A DNA stretch of 64,000 nucleotides, taken from the IMG/VR virus record IMGVR_UViG_3300008110_000023, positions 21,027 to 85,026 of that record; one strand, 5' to 3'. This document shows positions 1-12,000 of this stretch, piece after piece. The number at the start of each line of letters is the position of its first letter. Positions within the stretch are counted from its first letter, which is position 1. The translations under genes and the position numbers were made by a program. The notes under the pieces were generated by a model. It was not told where the DNA came from. It ran no database searches and worked only from the letters and a program-made list of their open reading frames with translations. This stretch comes from a virus.

Positions 1-3000
1 ATTCAATCATTATCAGCGCTTAATTCAGCAGCTGAAGAAAACTTAGAAGGAGATGAGTTAATTGAATGGAATAACTATTATAATAGTATTACATCAGGAA
101 CTACTACTGAAGAAACAACTACTCCAAGTTCAGAAGATACTGCAACAAAAACTTTAAAAGATAACTTTAAAGCTGCTTTTGAAGAGTTTGATATTAATGT
201 ACAACAACAAACTCCTAAAGTTGAAAGAACTGATGATGAAAAATTAAGTGATAGAATACAAGCAGTTCTTGATTTACTTAAAGCTACTAAATTAAATACA
301 GCTACAGTTACTTTAGGACAAATAGTAGAAGAAGTAAACAAATTATTTGATAATGATATTGAGTATACTAAAAAGATATTCAATGACTTAAAGGATATTG
401 TAACTTTACTACAAAAAATGAGAAATAATCCTGAGTATACTTTAACTCCTAATTATACTTTATCTGATGCTGGTATTGTTGAAACAGGTATTACAATAGA
501 ACCTACTATACTCTCTGAAAAAACAAGTAGAGAAGCTAACGTAGAATTAATGTCTAGAGTAAGAGAAAATGATCCTACTCTTAACTTTATTATAGACGGT
601 AAAAAAATTGAAAGTATAGCATCTGTAGCCTCTAAAGCAATATCAGATGAAGGTACTGAAGTAGATGAAACCTTAGGAGTTTTTAGAACTATTTATAATG
701 AAGCTGGTGAATTAATATTTAATCCAAACCAGGACGCTATAGTAGATTCTAATTTTATTACTGAAGGAACTGTTATTACTATTAAAGTAGAAAAAGCTAC
801 AGGTAATATAGAAGAAGATGTTGATACTGCTGAAATAGCAATGTATGTTACTACTCCAGAAGGAGAAAGAAAAATAGGATATATACATTTACCTAGTTAT
901 GCAGGTGTACAAACATTAGCACAAGGAGAGTTATTACCATCTATACAAGAACAACTTACACTTATACAACAACTTAGAAGACAAGTATTAGAAAACCAAG
1001 ATTCTATTCTTACAACTACTGTAACTAAAAGAGGTTTTGGTAATGTAAATAAAAAAGGAAAAGATGCTAATGGTAATATACCAACATCTATCTTAAGTAA
1101 TGCTTTTGCTGGTGACACAAGAGTACATTTAGGTGTAGTAGGGCTTGTTGGTGAAAACAAGAAGATAAATAGAAATGATGAAAGTATTCCTTTATATCAA
1201 GCAACTGATTTAAAAGCAGGGGCATTAGTTATACTTTTACCACATCCAAGTGGAACTGTAGTACCTTACTATGCAATAAGCAATCCAATAGGAGCAGATA
1301 CTGGAGTTACTACTAAAGTAGTAAATACTTTAAAAGACTTCTTAGCACGTAAAATAGATAGAAAACAAACTACTATGGCTATTGAAAGATATGTCTATAC
1401 AGTTCCTGAAGGTAACATAGGCCGTAAAGGTATTGTTATAAAAGAACAAGATGGACAAAGATCTATTATAGTAGATGGTAAAGAAGTTAAAAATGATAAG
1501 AACTTTGCAGAGGTTATAGGTAGTGTATACTTTAACATGAATAAAAGTATCTTAAACTCTAAAGATGGACCTGCTTATGAGAAAGAGATAATGAATTCTA
1601 ACTTAGTGCGTACAGATGTACAAGCTAATCCTGTAACTTATACTAATGAAAGTGGTGAACAAGTAACTGAGAACTCTTATTTCCATCAAGTAACTACAGA
1701 GTTTAGTACTAACTTAAATAAAAGTGCTAAACCAAAAGTACAAACAGAAAGTACTGTATCTGATATAGAAAGAAGAAGACAAGGATTAAAAACTATAAAC
1801 GGCACTTTAAGAGTTGATTTAGGTGGATTTAGTATAGATAATGTATCTAAAGAATTTTATGACAATATACTTCATGCCACAGCAGATCCTTTTTATATAA
1901 ATTTAAAAAAATGGATTAATGAATTTAGAAAAACACAAAAACCATTTGCTGTTATAGATAGTTCTGAAATTATTAATAAATATAATGCAGAATTAGTTGC
2001 ATTAGAAGGTAAACCAGAAGAAACTGGTACTACTACTAAAGAAGAAGCAGAAAGACTTAAAGCTATAGAAGATGCTAAAGCATTTGGTTTTGAAGTAGAT
2101 GATGAATTAGAAGCAGATATTCCTACTATATTTGATACTCAGAATGATTTATCTGCAGAGCAAATAAGTATGATGAAGAATAATCCTACTACTCTATTAG
2201 TACATCCTGAGTTAAATGCAAGTACACAAAATGAAGCTGTATTAAGTATAGCTTATAAAGCATTAACTATAGAACCAGAGACTGAAGAAGTAGAAGGAAA
2301 AGAAGTATTAAAATCTACTAATAAAGAACTAGTTAAAGCTAACTTTATAGAAGGAGCAAGAGTACTTAACAACCTAGCAAAAACTAATCCTACTAATGCT
2401 ACTTATGCTAAAGCAGCTAAGACTATGTCTATAGTAGCAGGAGATGAAGTATTTGAAAAACTCTATGCAAAAGCAACTGAATTTATTAAAGAGATAGGAT
2501 TCTCTACTGAAGAAAGTGGTTTCTATAACCAAATGGAAGCTTTAGATGAAGTAGATGGAGAAGAAGAAAAGATAAATCAATTTATAGATGAAGCAGCTTC
2601 CTATGAAGATAGAAAGACTGGTGCATCTAAAAGATTTAAAAAATTCTTAGCTTTTATTCCAGCAATGGAACTAATAAAAGGAAAAGCAAAGGTATCTAGA
2701 AACTCTTTATTAATGCCTACTTTTAATAACTATGATAGTACTTTTACTATGATAGCTAATATACTTAGTGAGTATAACTACCCTAGTACTGCAGATGGTT
2801 TACAAATGATGATAAACAGACTGACTGCTACAGATATAAAGAATCCAGTTATAAAAGAAGTTGCTGCTAAGTTAGAAAAAGCCCCTCAAAAGATTAAAGT
2901 AGAGTTCTTTAACATCTTTAATCAACAACATGCTAAGTTTAAAACATTAAGACTATACTGGCAAAAAGCTAGAACTTTTAAATATTTCCACCAAGGAATA

Positions 3001-6000
3001 GGAGGAGAAGTAAAAACTAAATACGCTGAAAGATTAAAACCTACTTTAATTAACTCTGATAGAAATAAAGCACAAGAATTAGTAAGAGAAGAAATGCTTA
3101 CTAATTTTAAACAAAAAGGAGTTATTTTAAAAGCTGTTACTAATAAACTAGATAGAAAAACTAATAATACTACTTTAGAAGTTAACACTGAACACAATAA
3201 AGCTATTTATGATGCATTTGTTACTGCACTAAAAGATGATAGTAACTACCAAGTAGATAGTAGAGGTAAAGTAAATACATTATTTTTTACTGAGACTGGT
3301 TTTAAAACTATGTATGACTTACTTAGTAATACAGGTATTAGTATTTCAGAAAATGCATTTGAAGACTTTTTAAATAATCATATAACACAAGATGGTACAA
3401 GAGGTCATAAAGCTATTGCAGGTGAAGTTTTAGGAGTTATCCTAAAAAGTCTTGCTGGAGAAGGTACAGTTATTGATAGTGAAACTGTAGAAAATCCTTT
3501 TGAACTTAATAATCCTTTTTATACAGAAGGAAGTAGTATTAATATCTTAGCTAAGTATGAATACAATACAAGAACAGATGTATTTAGTTCTTCATTTAGA
3601 CATGCTGGTAAAAGTTTCTATACTTTTGTAAGACATACTCCTTTATCTGAATTAGTACTAAAGCTTAAAAATCCTTGGAGAGCTAATAAAAAAGAAAACA
3701 GTTTTATTAGAGGACTTATAACTAGAGATCCATTGTCTAAACATAGTCTGTGGTTAAACAAAATGGTTAATCCTACTAAAAAAGGAGATTCTGTTTTTGC
3801 AGATACATTTAATTTGTTCTATGAAAAAGGATATAGAGATAGTTCTGAAAAAGGATCTACTCCAAAAGACCTTAAGGATTCTATTGAAAAAGAACATGAA
3901 TTAAACAAAATAATTTCTTTCCAAGCACAAGGAAAAGACACTGTTGTATTCCATGCAGATACCCACTCAGATAAAACTACTAAAGCTTTTATACAAGCTA
4001 TTAAACAATCTGTTGATGGTTATACAGGAAATATAGAAGAAGGTATTCAATTATCTGATGATAGTTTAACTGATTTATATAGTTATTTCTTAGCAGAATA
4101 TGATAGGATATTACAAGTAAATGAACAAAATGAAGATCCTAATTTTCCTGCACATAAGAAATTAAAAGGATATCACGGTACTAAAGCAAAACCAGGTTTA
4201 GGAAGTGTATTTAATATGTACCATTTCTTAAACTATGCTGTATTAAAAGACACTAATGCAGATTTAGCAACAATGTTATTTGACTCTGAAGGTAATTTAA
4301 GAAATATACCTAAAGAAGATATGGCAGTAGTCTCTGGAATGGTTAAAGAAGAAATTAACAATAACTTTAATAGACTATTTAAAAAAGTAAAAGAAGACTG
4401 GAGTACTTTAGGTATATTCTTTACAGAAACTAACAAATTAGGGTATACTAGATTGAATATTAACTCCTACATGGATGCTAAATATTATGATAAAGTAGTA
4501 AACACACTTGGTATAGAAAATAAAGCTGTTAAGAAAGTAACAGAGAATTTTAATCAACCAGCAATAGATGCAGAAGTAGCAAAAATACTTGACTATGCTA
4601 TAGTTGATTATGTAGTTAACTACGCTATAGCTACTAATGAAATGCTTATTATAACAGGAGACCCTGCATTACATGGTAAACCTTCTAAAGATAAAGGTAG
4701 TATTAGTAGTAAAAATTGGGTATTAAAGTCTATTGCAGATACATTTATTAACGTAGGTAAACGTAATGCAAGATTACTGGCTTCTGGTAACAAAGGTATG
4801 TTTAGTAAACAAAAGTATAATGTTGCTTTTGTAAATGACATTGAAGAAGTTTCTGAACATGTAAGTGATTATGTATCATGGTTAAAAGAATTTGAACCTG
4901 ATTATATTAAAAAGAAATTTACTTCTAATATGACAGATGCCCAAGAGTTAACTACTGTTGAAGAGCATTTAGAAGTTATGCGTGCTTTTGGTAAAATAAC
5001 TGATAATCAATTTAAAACATTACTAGGTTTATATGATCCAGCTGCTTACAGAGATTTATACAAAGAAGAAGCTCCTGCATATACACAAAAGGAAGTATTA
5101 GAGAATTTAAAAACTGTAATGCAACCTATGAAACCTGTACAAGTACAAAGTGTATTGGACACTGATATTAAAGCTAATGTACAGTATTATATTAAAACAT
5201 CTTCATTCCCTATTATTCCTGCTTTAGTAAAAGGAAAACCTATGGAGTCTGTATTAAAACAAATGAAAGAAGCTAAAGTAGATAGACTTTCATTTGTATC
5301 TGCAGTTAAATTAGGAGAACATGGAGCTAAAAACTTATTTATAGAAGATAAACTTAATACAGAGTTATTTAAAGACAATGTAATTGAATTAGATAGAGAT
5401 GGTTTTAGTATACAGTTAGAAGTACCTTACAAAGAAAACAAAAAAGAAGTAAGAGAAGGTACCCAAAATATGAAACTATTGTTTATGGATTTACCTGATT
5501 CTTTAGAATTAGAATTATCTGAAGGAAACAAAACAGTAGAAGAAGCTAAAAGAGAATATAATAGAATTCATAAAGAAATCATAGATAGCGCTTTAACTAA
5601 GTTATTAGGAGACATAGGAGCAACTGTTACTGAAGATGAAGCAGGATTTAAATCTTATAAAATAAATGATTTTACTAATTTAAGTAAGATACTTAAAGAA
5701 GAAGGAGAATCTAGAGGATATTCAATTAACTCATTACTTGGTCTTGATTTAAATAAAGATGGTCAGTTTAAAATACCATTGACTTTTAACCCAAACTCTG
5801 CACAAATAGAACCTGTTATTACTGCATTATTAAGTAATAGATTAGTTAAACTTAAAATGCCAGGTAAATCCTATGTATTAGGATCTGAAGTTTTAACCTT
5901 AGAACCTTCAATAAATAAAGAAGGAAAACAGACTCAAGCAGATATTAATGTTATTAAAGATATTATATGGGTATCTGATAAATATAAAACACAAGGTAAA

Positions 6001-9000
6001 CTTAAATACTACAGAGAAGAAAACGGTAAACCAGCAATGGCACAAATTATCATGCCTGCTTATTTCTTAGATAAAGAAGGAAAGCAAATAGACATGACTA
6101 AGTTTGTAAAAAATGGTTTTTTAGATACTAGTAAAATAGATAAAGAACTATTACAAATAATGGGCTTTAGGATTCCTACACAAGGACATAACTCCATGAT
6201 GATGTTTGAAGTAGTAGGATTCTTACCTAAAACTAGTGGTGATTTAGTTATAGTTCCTGCAGAAATTGCTGCTCAAATGGGATCTGACTATGACGTAGAT
6301 AAATTATATACTTATCATTATAACTATTATGTAGGTTCAAAATCTGGTAAACTAAAAAAATACAGTAAACCAGGAAATATTAAAACAAAACAAAATAGAT
6401 TGCTTGAAATTCAATCAGCTATTATAATGAATAAAGAAGTAGCGCCTTATATTATGAATCCATTATCTATGGATGATTTAGCAGACGCTATTGTAGAATT
6501 AAATAAAGATAAAAAAGAAGAATGGATAGGTAACTATTCTACTTTATACCAAAGAAATACTTACTTTGATAATGCTGCTGGTAAAATTGGTGTAGGTATA
6601 TCTGCAAATGCTAATACTAATCACGCTGCTTTTCAACAGGCAGGTGTTTATGTTAAAGGAGGAGGCGTTGTATTCTTAAAACCTGACGGTACTCCATATA
6701 GTGATATTGAAAATAATGCTTATGAAAGTAATAGTGTTAGTAAATATAAAGAAGATAAATATACTTATCCTGATCCTTTTAGTGATGATATAATAGACAA
6801 TAAAAAAGATAACAATACTGCTTGGAGATTAGATAAAATATTTACTTTTGATGGTAAACGTATTTCTGATATTATATCTCAATGGCTAGGAGCTTCTGTG
6901 GATAATGCCAAAGAAAAACTACTAGGAGAAGGAGGTATTAATAAGTATAACTTTAATGTGTCTTTGTTAATAGCTAGAACTGGATTTGGTAATAATTGGA
7001 TTATACCTTTTATCAACCAACCTATCTTAAAAGAATATTATGCTATACTACAAAAACTAGAGGATAGTACTGAAAAGTCTTTTGAGGCAGGTAAAAAAGA
7101 AAAAGCAATAGAACAATTATTTAAAAAGTATACAGATTTATATAAAGTTGCAAATCCTAATGAAACTCCTGGAATACAAGGAGTAACATTACTTGAATTA
7201 AAAAGTTCTCTGAATAAGGAAATAAATGCAGATAATGCAGCAGCACAGTTAAATATATTAAAAGCTTTCTTACATTATGAAACTATTAGCTTAGAAGTAG
7301 GTACTGTACAAAAAGCATTAAATACTGATGTTAAGGGATTACCTAAAAATATAGCAGAAACTGCAGAAAAAAGAGATTTTATTAGTGAGCATGGGTATAA
7401 CTCTTCTGTATTAGGAAATGTAGGTAAAATAAGAGAAAAAGTAATATCAGGTGCTTTTATGGAAATACCTAGAATTGCTAGTCAATTATTTAATAGAAAA
7501 ACAGACGGTTCTTATGTATATGCTTATGATAGTTCTGCCTACAAATGGGTTAAAACAGGATTAGCACAAATAGCTAATAAAGAATTTAATACTGAACAAA
7601 TTAATTTAATACATAATAGTTTACAACAGTTTATTTATACTCACCCAGAATTAGGTTTATATGGGGATAATTATGAGGCAGAAAAACAAAGGTTATTATA
7701 CAATGAAAACCTAGCTGATAGATTATTGCAATTACAAGAGAAATACCCAAAAAACTATTTCTTAAGTAAAATAAGTGCTGTAATTGATACTAATGTTAAT
7801 AATCCTAAAAAGATTAAGATAATAAATACTACTGCAGAACAAAAGATCTTTATAGAGAGAATGCAACAAGAATGGGAATCTGCTTTTTATGCAGAACCAG
7901 AACTTGCCAGATTTGCAGAAGATATGGCTAAGTACACAATGATGTTTAATGCTAATCAATTTGGAGCTTCTAACTTAATAAAATACTTACCTTTTAACTA
8001 TCTTAACATTATAGGTGCAGGTAAAGTATTAAATGGTTTAGAATTAGAAGATTCTTTAAGTCTTATAAACTTTATACCACAATTCTTACAGCACAATCCA
8101 GAGTTTGCTCCTTTTGCTAAAGAAAGTAATTTCCTTGAAAATAGCGCAGTTTATAAAAAAGATGCTGATGGTAAAGATACTGATATTATAGAAGGATTTA
8201 AATTACCTAGTTTAGCTTTAGAATTTGATAAAAATGATGCACGTAATTTAATACAAATTATTAAAGTAGAAGGAGAAGAAATACCTGTATATCCAAGTTT
8301 CTTATCTGTATATGGAGGAGCTGAATTAGGAAGATTACTTTTTATAAAAGTAAATGAAGATTTTTATAGAAGAGTAGACACATTAGGAAATACTGATTTT
8401 ACTGAATATAACTTTAGTAAAAATGGTTTAGCTTCTACAATACTAGAAGAGCAAAAAGGTGTTGTAGATATTAACAAAAAAACAAATACTATAGAATCTA
8501 CTACAACTGATTTAGATCAACTTTATTTTACAACTTCAAGTGTTCATTCTTTACTAGAAAATATTGTTATTAGAAATACTTTTGCTACAGATCCTTTAGC
8601 AGAAGCTTATGGTGCCTTAGCAGAAAAACTACTAGAACAACCAGAAAATGGATATAGAGTAGTAGTTGATAATAGTATACCAGCAGTAGGAGCTCATAAT
8701 AGAGTAGAAAAATTAATTAAACTAAATAAAGAAGCTTTATTAAAAAATAATGAATTAGAAATACAACGTGTTATATTACATGAACTTATACACAAAGAAA
8801 CTGTAGCTAAATTAGTAGATAATAAATTCTTAGAAACAAAAGAAGGTCAAGCTATTACTAAAGTATTTAATAGTTTTAAAGAACAACTACAAAATAAAGC
8901 ATTATCTGATACTGAAAAAACTAGGGGTATTCCAAATGAATTCCTAGAAGCAGAAGTATTTAAGTTATTAACTGAGGCTAGTTTTGGAGAAAATAAAAAA

Positions 9001-12000
9001 GATTTAAATATACTATCTTTAAATAGAATTACTAATAGTGATATAAATAGTCCTGCTTTTAAAGAACTTATGAAGTCTTTATCTACTAATCTTGCTAAAG
9101 TAGATAAATTTAAAGCTAGTAGTAAATTAGAACCAGGTACTGAAAGATATGAAGCAGTTGCTAATTATATTAAAGATACTTTTACAGCAAATAATATTAA
9201 GGAATTAAAACCTAAATATTACATGTACACTAGTATTTTAGAGTTTGCTACTGAAGCTTTAACTAATACAAAGACTCAAGAGTATTTAAAAACATTTACT
9301 ACTATTAATCAAAAAGGAGAAAAAGTAAGTTTATGGAAACAGTTTATAGATGCTTTAACTACTTTACTTAAGTTTAATAATGTAAATAGAACATTAGCAG
9401 AAGATGCTATTGAAAGTATTATAGATGTAATTGATTATGGTAAACCAGCTGAGATAATTACTCCACCATCTATTAGTGTTAAAACTTTTGATAAAAAAAA
9501 TCTATTTAAAGTAACACCTATACAAACTGCTGACAAAAAAGCAACTATCAAAGCCAGTATAGCTACTCAATATATTGGTTTTGGTGAAGGCATTGCAGGA
9601 AGTTCTACAGAACTATATAGACAACAAGCTGGAGCTTTAGCTAATACAGGTAACTATTCTGTTAATGATGTAATATTTGTATCTGTTCCTGGTAGAAGAG
9701 GTACTGAAATACAACAAAAAACACAACAAGATAAAACTATTAAAGAAGCTATTAAAGCTGTAGAAGCTGGAGCTACAATCCTTACAGATAATAAAGCTTA
9801 TATTGATTCTAATTCTTATAACACAGGAGAAAAAAGACTTTATAATGCTATGAAAGAACAAGGTTATGACTATTCTGAAATTATAATTGACGGTCAACTT
9901 ATTGGTACTTGGAGTAAACCTACTCAACCAGTTACTGAAGTAGTAGAAACTAAAGAAGTTATAAATAAAATATCAACTCCTATATTAAGTAAAAAATTAG
10001 TATATACTGTATATAATCCTATTAGTGGAAAAAATCAAACTAAAAATGGTTATAAATTAACTATTCCTGAATTTCCAAATTTTGAAGGTTATATTACACA
10101 AGAAGAAATAACACAAGAAAGTAAAGAAGGAAAACCAGAACTTAATAAAAAAACAAAAGAATGGACTATAGAAATAGTACATCCAACTAAAGGAGTACTG
10201 AATTTTCCTGTAGGCTGGGCAAAAACTAAAAAAGAAGTTATAGATACTTTTGTTAATGATATTAATGAAAAACATTCTAAATCAGAAGAAGGTAAAAAAA
10301 TATTGCAAGAAATTGGTATTGATTTTATTGGCATACAACCACAAGTTGAAGTAAAAACAACAGAAGTTATATTAAAATACTATGGTGCTTATTACAAATA
10401 CAATATTGATAAAGATGGTAACCAAGTAGGAGCTTCTTTATATTCTCAAAATGGAGTAGATTATATAAGTACTTCTAGAGATTATGCTTCTATAATAGCA
10501 AGTAATAACTACACTAATGCAACTACTGGTGAAGTATTTGGTAAACCAAAAGAACCTGTAATAATACCTGAAGAAGAAGGAGATAATGCTAAATATGAAT
10601 TGTTTCCTGGAGTATTTGCCAATGAAGGACAGAAAGAAGCTTTAGATAAACTAGATTCTTTTATGGCATCTACAGGTAAAGATAATGAAGCCTTTGTATT
10701 AGTTGGAAGAGGAGGTACTGGTAAGACTACTATTATTAAAAAGATGATAGGTAAATTTCCAAATTTAAGAATAGGAGGAGCAACTGTATCACATGCAGCT
10801 AAAGATATCTTAGGAAATTCTATTGGAAAAGGAAATGCATTTACTTTAGCTAGTTTATTAGGAATAAAATTAGATGAAACTACAGGTAAATTTGAAATTG
10901 ATGGTTTTAGTAGAAGAACAAAAGGAATTCCTATTGAAAAATTAGACATTATTATAATTGATGAATGTTCTATGGTTTCTGATTTATTGTTTGAAGAATT
11001 ATTTAAATATAAAAAACCTAGTGCTAAAATTATCTTTATGGGAGATAATGTCCAATTAGCTCCTGTAGAACAAGAAACAGATTCTATTACTTTTAAAGCT
11101 AATAAAAACCCAAATAATTTTGCTAAGTTAACAGAACCTATGAGATTTAGTGCTGAAAATCCTATTTTTGCATTGTCTTATATAGTAGCAGATAACGTAG
11201 AAGCTCCTGAAAGTAAAGTATATACTATCCCACAATCAAGTAGAGTAACTACTTTAAAAGAAGATACTGGTATTATATTTACTAATAGTGAAGAAACTGC
11301 TTTATCTATGTTGGTAGAAGACATTAAACAAGAACTTGAAAAAGAAGTTCCTAATACAAAAGCAGTAAAAGCAGTTACTTTTAATAATGAATTAAATAAT
11401 GCTACACAATCTGTTAAAAATCTTAATCTTAAAATAAGACAAAAATTATGGGGAGAAGAAGCTAAAAATCAATTTAATATAAATGAACTTTTAACTGCTT
11501 ATTCTACTTTTGGAGGAGAAAATCCTGCCTTTTATAACTCAGAAAACCTTATAGTAAAAGAAGTGTCTGAAGTAAAAGATGTTGAATACAACATAGGTGT
11601 GTTTGATTTTAAATTTAAAACTGTTTATTTAACTTTACAAAAAAGTGATGGTACAATAGTAAGTAATATACCAACAGTTGCCAAAGAAGATTTAGAAAGA
11701 TACAATAAAGAAGTAAAGGCTTTAAAATCAAATCCTGATGGAAGAATAAAATCAATAGGTTTTAAATTATCTGAAGAATTAGCTAATTTACAATATGGCT
11801 ATGCTGTTACTTCTCATAAAGCACAAGGTAGTACTTATACTAATGTATATGTTTTTGAAGACAATATCTTAGGCAATAGTAATTTAAGTGCCCCAAAAGA
11901 TAAAAACAGAGCTTTATATACAGCTATTACTAGAGCTAGTAAAAAACTAGTATTAATGGGTAAGTTTAATATAAACAATGAGATGAATAATCTTAATGAT

